From contig DATHTO010000020.1 of NCBI GenBank assembly GCA_035463115.1, positions 9,316-73,315 of the forward strand: a DNA stretch of 64,000 nt. The letters are read 5' to 3'. Shown here piece after piece: positions 52,643 through 63,109 of this stretch. The stretch is from Actinomycetota bacterium (lineage in GTDB: Bacteria > Actinomycetota > UBA4738 > HRBIN12). Made by a program: the position numbers and the translations under genes. The notes beneath the pieces are model-generated. The model did no database searches, had not been told where the DNA came from, and was given only the letters and a program-made list of their open reading frames with translations. Within the stretch, counting starts at the first letter, position 1. Each line of letters begins with the position of its first letter.

Positions 52643-53634
52643 AGCGCCTCGAACGCGCCGAGCCGCTTCGCCGCGCCCAGGTAGAGCAGCATGATGGCCA
52701 TCGCGACGAACGTGAACGCCGCCGCGAGCGGCAGGTTGCCCGCGACGCCGATCTGCGTGAAGACCATCTGCCCGAGGTACAGCTGCGACGTGCCGAAGAT
52801 CTGCGGCAGGATGAAATCGCCGAGCGTGAGCGAGAACGTGAAGATCGATCCCGCGACGAGGCCGGGCTTCGCGAGCGGCAGGATCACCTTGCGGAAGGTC
52901 ATCCATGGACGCGCGCCCATGTCGCTCGACGCCTCGAGCAGCGTTCCCGGGACGCGCTCGAGCGCAGCGTGGACAGGCAGGATCATGAACGGCAGCCACA
53001 GGTACGAGAAGACGATGAAGAGGCTGAGCTTCGACTGCACGAGGCTCTGACCGCCGATCAAGGGGGCCTGGAGCAGGAAGCGCAGCACGCCGTCGAGCTG
53101 CAAGGTGTCGAGCAACCACGGGAGGACGCCCTCGCCGGCGAGGATCGACCGCCACGCGACCGCGCCTCGCACGAGGTAGCTCGACCACAGCGGCATGATC
53201 ACCGAGATGTAGACGAGCAGGCGCATGCGCGGCGACGCGTACCGCGCCATGTAGTACGAGACCGGGAAGGCGAGGAACGCGCACGCGACCGTGACGGCGG
53301 CTGCCATCGCGACCGTCCGCAGCACGATCTCGCGTTCCGTCGGGCGGAGCAGCTGCTCGTAGTTCGTGGTGCCGAACTCCCGCACGAGGAGCCCCGTGAA
53401 CTCCTCGAGCCGGTAGAAGCTGTAGCTGAGGAGCACGCCGAGCGATCCGAGGTACAGCACGCCCAGCCACAGGAGCGCCGGCAACAGCAGCAACCACAGC
53501 TTCGCCCACGGATGGCGATGGAAGAACGAGGAGGTGGCGCGGAGCATGCCTCCACGCGGCGGCGCCACGTCGGTCACCGCCACCGGACGGCCCCCTGCGG
53601 AACGCGCGGACGGGGCCCCACGCGGGGGCCCCAT
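52639..53634 (-). CDS. ABC transporter permease (PotB-like); true start possibly at 53547
   Basis: EASSDMGARPWMTFRKVILP signature. Confidence 0.8.
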   Translation of the reverse strand: MGPPRGAPSARSAGGRPVAVTDVAPPRGGMLRATSSFFHRHPWAKLWLLLLPALLWLGVLYLGSLGVLLSYSFYRLEEFTGLLVREFGTTNYEQLLRPTEREIVLRTVAMAAAVTVACAFLAFPVSYYMARYASPRMRLLVYISVIMPLWSSYLVRGAVAWRSILAGEGVLPWLLDTLQLDGVLRFLLQAPLIGGQSLVQSKLSLFIVFSYLWLPFMILPVHAALERVPGTLLEASSDMGARPWMTFRKVILPLAKPGLVAGSIFTFSLTLGDFILPQIFGTSQLYLGQMVFTQIGVAGNLPLAAAFTFVAMAIMLLYLGAAKRLGAFEAL

Positions 53635-53662
53635 CCGTCGTTCGTGCCGCGGATCCGACGGA

Positions 53663-54915
53663 TCAACGTCCGCCGATCACCGCGACGTAGTTCGTGACCC
53701 ACTCGAGGTACGGCACGCAATCGGTCGAACCGTCGCCGCGGAAGCAGTCCGCCTGCGGGGTCTTCCAGAACGAGATCTGGTCGAAGTTCTCCGACCCGTT
53801 GATCGCGCAGCCGTCGGGGCCGAGCAGCTCGTTGTTCTCGCACGCCTCAGGGACCGAGGGCACGGCACCGAACCACGCTGCCAGGTCGCCCTGCACCTTC
53901 GGATCGAGCGAGTGTTCGAGCCACATGTACGCGCAGTTCGGGTTCGGCGCGTCGGTGTGCATCATCGTCGTGTCGGCCCAGCCGGTCGCGCCTTCTTCCG
54001 GCACGACGCTCGCGAACCCCTTGCCGAGGATGTTCACCTGGAACGGCCACGACGAGCTCGCGACGGCCTCGCCGTTCGTGAAGTCGTCGATCTGCACGAA
54101 CGCGTCGTGCCAGTACCGGCCGACGAGCTCACGCTGCTGGCGCAGCAGCTCGAGCGCCGCGTCGAACTGCTCCCGCGTCAGCGCGTACGGGTCCTCGATG
54201 CCGAGCTCGGGGTTGTGCGCCTTGAGGTACAGCGCCGCGTCGGCGATGTAGATCGCGCCGTCGTAGGCCTGCACCCGTCCCTTGTTCGACTCACCGTCGG
54301 GGAGCTGCTGCTCCTCGAACACGACGCTCCAGCTCGTCGGCGCCTCGTCGCCGAAGACGTCCTCGCTGTACATCAGGACGTTCGAACCCCACTCGTACGG
54401 CGCGCCGTAGTGCTCCATCGTTCCGTCGCCGTCGGTGTCGACCGTGTGCCACGGGGCGTCCTGCAGACGCTCGTCGACCGTCGAGAAGCTCGGGAGCAGG
54501 TCGAGGTTCACGGGCTGGACGGTGCCGCCCTGGATCAGGCGGAGGCTGGCGTCACCCGATGCGGTGACGAGGTCGAACTGGCCCCCGCCCTCCTGCATCA
54601 GCGCCACCATCTCGTCGGAGGTCCCGGCGGTCTTCACGTTGACCTGGCACCCGGTCTCCTCCTCGAAGGACGTCACCCAGTCGTACGCCGGCTCGGTCGA
54701 GCCGTCCTCGATGTAGCCGGCCCAGGCGATGATGTTCACCTGGCCCTCGCCGTCGCCGACCTCGGTGATCGGCGGCTCGTCCGGATCGCCGGACGCCACC
54801 TCGCCGCCCGTGTCGGTGCCGCCGGTGTCGTCGCCACCCCCGTCGTCGCCGTCGCCGCACGCGGCCGCGACGAGCGCCAGGATCGCGATGAGCGCCAGCA
54901 GGCGCATCCACTTCG

Positions 54916-54919
<4 letters not shown>
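53663..54919 (-). CDS. ABC transporter substrate-binding lipoprotein (PotD/PotF family)
   Basis: Signal peptide followed by the lipobox LVAAACGDG. Confidence 0.8.
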
Positions 54920-56061
<1,142 letters not shown>

Positions 56062-56143
56062 CGGACCCCCTTCTCCGTCGAGAACCGCGCTATCTTGCCC
56101 GGCCGGACCCGGGTCGGCAACGCAGTGGGCGCTATCCGAGCTG

Positions 56144-57157
56144 CTATCCGACCCGCGGGGTGGGCGTGACACCGCCGCCCGAGCGGCCCTCGGCGCCCTG
56201 GCGGAGCCCGCGGATCAACGCGCGCGGAAGGTGCGGTCCGGCGTAGACGAACGCGGTGTAGACCTGCACCGCGCGGGCCCCTGCGTCGAGCGCACGACGA
56301 ACGTCGTCCGGCGTCGCGATGCCTCCACAGGCGACCACCGGCCGGTCCGTCGCGCGGGCCACGGCGTCCACGACCACCGGGGTCAGCTCGCGGATCTCGC
56401 CGCCCGACAGGCCCCCTCGGCCGACGGCGAGGCGAGGGTCGTCCACGGGACGGGTGTTCGAGCAGACGAACCCGTCCGCGCCCGCGTCGGCGGCCACGCC
56501 CGCGAGCGCCAGCACGACCTCGCGTTCCGTGTCGGTCGTGAAGGGCGGCACCTTCACGAACAGCGGGACGTCGATCCGCGCCCGGAAGGACGTCACGAGC
56601 TCTCGCAGATGCGACTCGTTGTCTCGATCGCGCCCCCACGCGACGTTCGGACAGCTCGCGTTCAGCTCGATCGCGTCGGCGTGCGGCGCCACGAGCTCCA
56701 CCGTCGCGATCGCGTCGCCGACGTCCTCGTCGGCGACGCTCACGACGATCGGGGCCACGCGGCGCGCGCGCGCGAGCGCGCGCGCCGCGGCGTCCGCGCC
56801 GGGGTTCGGCAGGCCCATCGCGTTCGTGAGCGACGCGGTGGCGCGGTTCCGTGCGATCCGCGGCTTCGCGTTGCCCCTCCGCGGATGACGCGTGATCGTT
56901 CCGCCCGTGACCGAGCCGAACCCGAGCTCGGCAAGGGCGTCGAGGTGCCGGCAGGTCTTGTCGAACCCGGCGGCCAGGCCGACCGGGTTGCGCAGCGTGA
57001 GTCCGGCGACGTCGACCTCGAGCGAGGCGTCCTGCGGGGTTCCGCCGATCCGCGACCACGGGAGCGGGAGCGAGAGCAGCGCGCCCGCGAGCCGATGCGA
57101 CGCCTCCGGCGGCAGCGCGAGCATCGCCGGACGCATCGTCGCTTCGTACCAGCCCAT
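56144..57157 (-). CDS. pyrD: dihydroorotate dehydrogenase (quinone), class 2
   Basis: GFGSVTGGTITRHPRRGNAKPR, LNASCPNV and CGGIATPDD motifs. Confidence 0.85.
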   Translation of the reverse strand: MGWYEATMRPAMLALPPEASHRLAGALLSLPLPWSRIGGTPQDASLEVDVAGLTLRNPVGLAAGFDKTCRHLDALAELGFGSVTGGTITRHPRRGNAKPRIARNRATASLTNAMGLPNPGADAAARALARARRVAPIVVSVADEDVGDAIATVELVAPHADAIELNASCPNVAWGRDRDNESHLRELVTSFRARIDVPLFVKVPPFTTDTEREVVLALAGVAADAGADGFVCSNTRPVDDPRLAVGRGGLSGGEIRELTPVVVDAVARATDRPVVACGGIATPDDVRRALDAGARAVQVYTAFVYAGPHLPRALIRGLRQGAEGRSGGGVTPTPRVG

Positions 57158-57258
57158 CGCGAAGCATCATCGCAGACCACGGTCGGCGGGTCGCTCCGCG
57201 TCCGTGTCGGCGACCGTGCCCGGATCACGGTCGCGGGCCGTCACGAGCCGGGCCCGCC

Positions 57259-57795
57259 GTGGGAGACTCCGCCGCGATGGGCGAACGAGGGGACGACGAT
57301 CTCATCCGTCGGCTCGTGGAGGCCTCGGAGCTCCACGGCGACTTCGTGCTCTCGTCCGGCGCTCGCTCGACCGTGTACTTCGACAAGTTCCGGTTCCTCA
57401 CGCGGCCGGATCTGCTGCGCGATCTCGCCACACGTGTCGCGGGCATGCTCGCGCCGGGGACGCGGCTGCTGGGCGCCCCGGAAGGGGCCGCGATGCTGCT
57501 GGTGGCGGCCGTCGCGCTCCAGACCGATCTGCCCGTGACCGTCGTGCGCAAGGATGCGAAGGCGTACGGCACGCGGGCGCAGGTCGAGGGCGAGGTGCCG
57601 GCCGGCGCCGTCACGACCCTCCTCGAAGACGTCAGCACCACGGGGCATCAGGTGCGCCGGGCCGCGGAGGTGCTCGGCGAGGCGGGCGCCACCGTGGCAC
57701 GGATCGTCCTCGCGATCGACCGCGGCGGCGCCGACCATCTCCGCGCGGCGGGCTACGACGTCGACGCCGTCGCCGTGCTCAGACCGTCGGCGTGA
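57259..57795 (+). CDS. pyrE: orotate phosphoribosyltransferase
   Basis: PRPP-binding TLLEDVSTTG. Divergent from pyrD. Confidence 0.85.
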   Translation: MGDSAAMGERGDDDLIRRLVEASELHGDFVLSSGARSTVYFDKFRFLTRPDLLRDLATRVAGMLAPGTRLLGAPEGAAMLLVAAVALQTDLPVTVVRKDAKAYGTRAQVEGEVPAGAVTTLLEDVSTTGHQVRRAAEVLGEAGATVARIVLAIDRGGADHLRAAGYDVDAVAVLRPSA

Positions 57796-57801
57796 GGCGA
57801 C

Positions 57802-58758
57802 TCATCCGGGCGCGCCGACGCCCTCGGCGAGATCCAGCCGGTCCTCGAGCCGGCGCTGCCGTTCGTCGTCGTGCCGCTTCCACCCCACCGCGACGGCGAG
57901 CATCGCCGGCACCAGCAGGAACGACGATGCGAGCCACATCAGGACCGCGGCGTCGCGCTGGGACGACAACGCCGCGGGACCCCAGGGCGGCGCCGCCGCG
58001 GCGTACGTCGGGTACAGCGGGTCGTTCGCCACGAAGATGGCGAGCGAGAGGAACGACATCGCCGGCATCGCGAGGAACACGGTGAGCAACCGGACGGGGT
58101 GACGCCACGGATGCGGCATCGGGTCCGTGCCGACGACCGGCCACCACAGCAGCAGCGCGGCGCCGATCCAGAGCCCGTGCTCGACGGCGTGCCAGACCTG
58201 CGATCGGAGCGCGATGTCGAACAACGGAGAGAAGTGGATGACCCACGGGATCGCCGCGAAGCCGAGCCACGCCACCGCGGGCGTGGCGAGGACACGGAAC
58301 GGACGCGTCCGCAGCGCCGCCGTCACGTGCCGCGCCGTCCGCGGCGACGCCGCCCGCAACGCGAGGGTGACGGGCGCGCCGAGCGCGAGGAGCGGTGGCG
58401 CCACGAGCGTGAGCAGGACGTGCTGCGCCATGTGCACCGCGAACGAGACGTCGGCGTAGCGGTCGACCGGCGAGACCAGCGCGAGCGCCGTCACGGCGAG
58501 ACCGGCGTACCACCACGCCACCGCGCCCCACGGATGCGGCGTCGCTCTGCGTCGGGACCGGGTCACGGCGGCGGCGTAGGCCGAGCCGACGCCGAGCAGC
58601 ACGACGACGCTGATCGGATCGAAGCTCCAGGCCGCCCACGCCGGCCCCTCCGGCGGCACGGGGATCGCGCCCAGCATGCCGCCATCGTCCCACGACGGAC
58701 CGTGCGCCGGAACGGCGCGGCGCGGACCTGCGGTTGCGCCGGTCCCCGCGTTGACCAT
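57802..58758 (-). CDS. ctaG: caa3-type cytochrome c oxidase assembly factor CtaG-like membrane protein
   Basis: Polytopic protein with VHMAQHVLL (HxxQH) and AVEHGLW motifs. The true start is probably the internal Met near 58677. Confidence 0.55.
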   Translation of the reverse strand: MVNAGTGATAGPRRAVPAHGPSWDDGGMLGAIPVPPEGPAWAAWSFDPISVVVLLGVGSAYAAAVTRSRRRATPHPWGAVAWWYAGLAVTALALVSPVDRYADVSFAVHMAQHVLLTLVAPPLLALGAPVTLALRAASPRTARHVTAALRTRPFRVLATPAVAWLGFAAIPWVIHFSPLFDIALRSQVWHAVEHGLWIGAALLLWWPVVGTDPMPHPWRHPVRLLTVFLAMPAMSFLSLAIFVANDPLYPTYAAAAPPWGPAALSSQRDAAVLMWLASSFLLVPAMLAVAVGWKRHDDERQRRLEDRLDLAEGVGAPG

Positions 58759-58786
58759 CTCGTCGCCGCGCGGGTAGAACGGGTGG

Positions 58787-59362
58787 GTGGCAACGACCCC
58801 GGGGGCGGCGGCAACGGAGCGTCGCGTCTCGCCGCTGCTCTTCGGGACCGTGCTGTTCCTCGCTTCGGAGCTCCTGTTCTTCGGAAGCCTCTTCGCCGCC
58901 TACTTCGCGCTGCGCGCGCAGACCGTCACCTGGCCGCCGGAAGGCGTGCAGCTCGACGTCGTCGTTCCGGCGATCGGGACCGTGCTGCTGGTGCTGTCGA
59001 GCGTCACGTTCCAGGTCGGGCTCGTGGCGGGCGAACGGGGGCGACGTTCGGGGCTACGCGCGTGGATCGCCGCGACGCTCCTCCTCGGCATCGTGTTCCT
59101 CGGCGTGCAGATCTGGGATTACACACGCCTCGACTTCGACGTCTCGAGCCACGCGTACGGAACGATCTTCTACGCGATGACCGGCTTCCACGGGCTGCAC
59201 GTCGCCGCCGGGATCGTCCTGATGCTCGTGATCCTCGGCCGCCTCGCGCAAGGTGCGTACCAGGACGGCCGTGTCGAGAGCGTGCACGCGATCGGGTACT
59301 ACTGGCATTTCGTCGACGTCGTCTGGATCGCGCTGTTCGCGACCTTGTACCTCCTCCGATGA
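58787..59362 (+). CDS. ctaE: cytochrome c oxidase subunit III
   Basis: FYAMTGFHGLHV and YYWHFVDVVW motifs. Confidence 0.85.
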   Translation: MATTPGAAATERRVSPLLFGTVLFLASELLFFGSLFAAYFALRAQTVTWPPEGVQLDVVVPAIGTVLLVLSSVTFQVGLVAGERGRRSGLRAWIAATLLLGIVFLGVQIWDYTRLDFDVSSHAYGTIFYAMTGFHGLHVAAGIVLMLVILGRLAQGAYQDGRVESVHAIGYYWHFVDVVWIALFATLYLLR

Positions 59363-59380
59363 GCGGATGACCAGGGGCCG

Positions 59381-60136
59381 ATGAGCGATCGACAAGCCCG
59401 CCTGTTGACGTGGGTCCTGCGAGCGGGCTTGATCGCGGCGATCGTCGGCCAGGTCGCCTGGTCGTTCCGGCCGAGCGTGGGTCGGGCGCAGACCGACGAG
59501 GAGGCCCTCGGCCGTCGCCTCTACCAGAGCGGGTGCATCACCTGTCACGGCGTCGACGGTCGCGGCACCGAGCTCGGGCCGAGCCTCGAGGACGTCGGAA
59601 CCGCTTCGGTCGACTTCTACCTCTCGACGGGCCGCATGCCGCTGGCGAACCCCGGCGACCAGGCCGACCGTCGCCCGCCGGTCTACACCGACCCACAGAT
59701 CGCGGCCATCGTCGCGTACCTGCGACCCCTCGTGGCCGGGGGCCCCGAGATCCCCGAGGTCGACATCGCCGGGGCCGACCTCTCGCGGGGAGCGCTGATC
59801 TTCCTGGACAACTGCGCGGCATGCCACGGCGCGGGCGCGGGCGGCGACTCGATCGGCGGAGGCCAGATCGCGCCGGCCGTCGGTGGTGCTTCGCCCCAGC
59901 AGATCGTCGAGGCGATCAGGATCGGGCCCGGCCTGATGCCGCGGTGGGGAGAGACGACGATCGAGCCGGCCGACGCCGACGCGGTCGCCGCGTACCTCGT
60001 CTGGCTCCGCGACAACGCCGACGAGGGCGGACTGCAGCTCGGGCGCGTGGGCGCCGTCGCGGAGGGCCTCGTCGCGATGGTCGTCGGGATCGGATTGATC
60101 CTGCTGGTGATCCGGCTCACGAAGGCGCAGCCGTGA
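59381..60136 (+). CDS. qcrC: diheme cytochrome c subunit of the bcc complex
   Basis: Two CxxCH motifs (CITCH, CAACH) plus a C-terminal TM anchor. Confidence 0.8.
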   Translation: MSDRQARLLTWVLRAGLIAAIVGQVAWSFRPSVGRAQTDEEALGRRLYQSGCITCHGVDGRGTELGPSLEDVGTASVDFYLSTGRMPLANPGDQADRRPPVYTDPQIAAIVAYLRPLVAGGPEIPEVDIAGADLSRGALIFLDNCAACHGAGAGGDSIGGGQIAPAVGGASPQQIVEAIRIGPGLMPRWGETTIEPADADAVAAYLVWLRDNADEGGLQLGRVGAVAEGLVAMVVGIGLILLVIRLTKAQP

Positions 60137-60969
60137 ACCGGCCCGAGCGCCCGGTCGCGATCGCGCTCGTCGCCTCGATCGTCGGCGCGCTCGGCCTGTT
60201 CGTCGTCTACGCGATGGGCGGGCAACCGCAGCTCGAAGGCGCGCTCCTGTTCGTGGCGCTCGGGGGGCTCGGTGTCGCCCTGATGCTCTGGGCGCGAGGG
60301 CTGATGCGATCGATCGCCGATGAGACCCAGGGACGCCATGGTCCGGCGTCGCCGAGCGACGTCGAGAGCGCCACCGCGGCGGTGGAGGAAGGCGTCGACG
60401 AGATCCGGCGTCGACGGTTCCTGTCACGGCTGCTGCTCGCGGCGGCGGGCGCGCTGGGCCTCGCCGCCCTGTTCCCGGTGCGGTCGCTCGGCGGCTCGCC
60501 CGGCGACGAGCTGGCGACGACCGCGTGGAGGTCCGGGTCGCGACTGACGACGATCGACGGCAACCCCGTGAGCGTCGAGGACCTCGAGCTGGAGTCGTTC
60601 GTCACCGTCTTCCCCGAGGACGCGATCGGATCGTCCGACGCCCAGGCGGTCCTCATCCGCGTGGATCCCCAGCTGCTCGAGCTGAACGACGAACAGCTCG
60701 CGGCGACCGTCGACGGCTACCTCGCGTACTCGAAGCTGTGCACGCACGCCGGATGCCCACTCGGCCTCTACCTCGCAGCGACGCACGAGCTGCGGTGTCC
60801 GTGCCACCAGTCGACCTTCGACGTCCTCGACGGCGGGGTGCCCGTGTACGGACCGGCGGCCCGGCCGCTCCCGCAGCTGCCGATCGAGGTCGGGGACGAC
60901 GGCTTCCTGCGCGCCACCGGCGACTTCACGGACCCGGTCGGCCCGAGCTTCTGGAACATGCCGTCGTGA
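60133..60969 (+). CDS. qcrA: Rieske iron-sulfur protein of the bcc complex
   Basis: CTHAGCP and CPCHQS boxes. Its GTG overlaps the qcrC TGA. Confidence 0.85.
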   Translation: MNRPERPVAIALVASIVGALGLFVVYAMGGQPQLEGALLFVALGGLGVALMLWARGLMRSIADETQGRHGPASPSDVESATAAVEEGVDEIRRRRFLSRLLLAAAGALGLAALFPVRSLGGSPGDELATTAWRSGSRLTTIDGNPVSVEDLELESFVTVFPEDAIGSSDAQAVLIRVDPQLLELNDEQLAATVDGYLAYSKLCTHAGCPLGLYLAATHELRCPCHQSTFDVLDGGVPVYGPAARPLPQLPIEVGDDGFLRATGDFTDPVGPSFWNMPS

Positions 60970-62363
60970 TCGTCCGTCGGGTGGTCACGGGCGTGGACGA
61001 GCGGCTCGACACGACGTCGTTCATCCGACGCAACCTGCGGAAGGTCTTCCCGGACCACTGGTCGTTCATGCTCGGAGAGGTGGCGCTGTACGCGTTCGTG
61101 CTCCTCGTCCTCACCGGCATCTTCTTGACGTTCTTCTTCGTCGCGTCGCCGGAGCCGGTCGTCTACGACGGACCGTACGAGGCCCTCCGTGGGGTGGAGG
61201 TGTCGGCGGCGTACGACTCGGTGATGCGCATCTCGTTCGAGGTCCAGGCCGGGCTCGTGATGCGTCAGACCCACCACTGGGCCGCCCTCGTCTTCATGGG
61301 CGCGACGATCGTGCACATGTTCCGCGTGTTCTTCACGGGGGCGTTCCGGCGCCCGAGGGAGCTGTCATGGATGCTCGGCGTCCTGCTGTTCTTCACGGGC
61401 ATCGGCGCGGGCTTCACGGGCTACTCGCTGCCCGACGACCTGCTGTCGGGGACGGGGCTGCGGATCATCTACTCCGCCGTCGTCGGGGTCCCGTTCGTCG
61501 GGCCGTGGGCGGCGTTCCTGTTCTTCGGCGGCGAGTTCCCGGCTCCGGATCTGCTGTCGCGGATCTACATCCTGCACGTCCTGCTGATCCCACTTGCGAT
61601 CCTGGGGCTGCTCGGCGGCCACCTCACGCTCGTCTGGCTCCAGACCCATACGCAGTTCCGGGCCCCCGGCCGGACGGAGGACACGGTCACGGGTACGCCC
61701 GTGTGGCCGAAGTTCGCGGTGAAAGCGACCGGGCTCGCCTTCGTCACCTGGGCGGTGTGCGCCCTGCTCGGCGGCGTGGCGCAGATCAACCCCGTGTGGC
61801 TCTACGGACCGTTCGTCCCGTACTCGGCACCCTCGCCCGCCCAACCCGACTACTACGTGGGCTGGCTCGAGGGTCTGCTGCGGATCTGGCCCGCCTGGGA
61901 GTTCACGATCTTCGGCGTCACGATCGCGTCGACGTTCATCCCCGGAGCCGTCGTCCCGGGGATCGTGACGGGGGTGTTGCTGCTCTGGCCGTTCATCGAG
62001 GCGTGGGCCACGGGTGATCGCGCATGGCACCACTTCGCCCAGCGACCGAGGGAGGCGCCCGTCCGCACGGGCATCGGCGCCGGAGGCATCACCTTCTTCA
62101 CGATCTTGATGCTGGCCGGTTCGAACGACGTCTTGGCGTACTTCCTGCACATCGAGGTCGACGGCTTCAATCAGCTCCTGCGTTGGAGCCTGCCGATCGC
62201 ACCCGTCGTCGTCGGTCTCGTCACGTACCGGATCGTTCGCGATCTCCACGAACGGGACCCGCAGCCGATCCGCCGTCCGCAGCGCTCGCGCGTCCGCCGG
62301 ACCGCGACCGGCGGCTACGAGGCTGAGCACGAGGAGATGCCCACCTCGCGGAGGGCACCGTGA
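60966..62363 (+). CDS. qcrB: cytochrome b of the bcc complex
   Basis: Heme-ligand histidines (QTHHWAAL, ILHVLLIP). Its GTG overlaps the qcrA TGA. Confidence 0.9.
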   Translation: MIVRRVVTGVDERLDTTSFIRRNLRKVFPDHWSFMLGEVALYAFVLLVLTGIFLTFFFVASPEPVVYDGPYEALRGVEVSAAYDSVMRISFEVQAGLVMRQTHHWAALVFMGATIVHMFRVFFTGAFRRPRELSWMLGVLLFFTGIGAGFTGYSLPDDLLSGTGLRIIYSAVVGVPFVGPWAAFLFFGGEFPAPDLLSRIYILHVLLIPLAILGLLGGHLTLVWLQTHTQFRAPGRTEDTVTGTPVWPKFAVKATGLAFVTWAVCALLGGVAQINPVWLYGPFVPYSAPSPAQPDYYVGWLEGLLRIWPAWEFTIFGVTIASTFIPGAVVPGIVTGVLLLWPFIEAWATGDRAWHHFAQRPREAPVRTGIGAGGITFFTILMLAGSNDVLAYFLHIEVDGFNQLLRWSLPIAPVVVGLVTYRIVRDLHERDPQPIRRPQRSRVRRTATGGYEAEHEEMPTSRRAP

Positions 62364-63109
62364 GGCGCTGGCTGCTCGCGGTGGCGCCGGCGATGCTGGC
62401 GCTCGCGTCGTGTTCGGACGGCACGACGTTCGGGTTCCCCGACGCGGCGACCGAACAGGGCCGACGGATCGTCGACGTCTGGGGCGTGTTCATGATCGCG
62501 GCGATCGTCGTCGCGGGGATCGTGTACGCGGGCATCCTCTGGTCGCTGCTCCGCTACCGTCGCCGCCGGACCGATCCGGAGGGCTACGGGCATCAGTTCC
62601 ACGCGAACGTGCCGATCGAGATCGCGTACACCGCGGTGCCGATCCTCATCATCATCGGCTTGTTCCTGATCTCCTACGACGCCGATCGCGACATCCGCGA
62701 GCTGCATCCGGATCCCGACGTGGTGCTCGAGGCGACCGCGTTCTCGTGGGGATGGCGCTTCGAGTATCCCGAGCTCGGCGTCGTGGTGGTCAGTCCGCCC
62801 GCGACGCGTGCCGAACCGGGTCCCGAGATCGTGCTCCCGCTCGATCGCATCACGCGGGTGCGTCTCACGTCGGCCGACGTGATCCACGCCTTCTGGGTGC
62901 CGTCGTTCAACTTCAAGATGGACGCGATCCCCGGACGGACGAACGAGTTCGAGCTCACGCCGGTCGAGGAGGGGACGTACCGGGGGGTCTGCGCCGAGTT
63001 CTGCGGGATCCAGCATGCGTACATGACGTTCCGGGTCACGAGCGCGTCGCCGGCGGAGTTCGACGGGTGGATCGCCGAACAGCGGGCGGTCGGAGCAACG
63101 ACGGGATGA
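62360..63109 (+). CDS. ctaC: cytochrome c oxidase subunit II (lipoprotein)
   Basis: CuA centre HAFWVP...CAEFCGIQHAYM. Lipobox LALASCSDG. Its GTG overlaps the qcrB TGA. Confidence 0.85.
   Translation: MRRWLLAVAPAMLALASCSDGTTFGFPDAATEQGRRIVDVWGVFMIAAIVVAGIVYAGILWSLLRYRRRRTDPEGYGHQFHANVPIEIAYTAVPILIIIGLFLISYDADRDIRELHPDPDVVLEATAFSWGWRFEYPELGVVVVSPPATRAEPGPEIVLPLDRITRVRLTSADVIHAFWVPSFNFKMDAIPGRTNEFELTPVEEGTYRGVCAEFCGIQHAYMTFRVTSASPAEFDGWIAEQRAVGATTG

Noticed and set aside
56062-56172. Longer N-terminus of the ABC ATPase, starting at 56172 as in the ORF track
   Set aside because: That start would overlap the 3' end of pyrD by 29 nt. A GTG at 56061 with a strong GGAGAAGGGGG RBS gives a normal-length N-terminus before the Walker A region.
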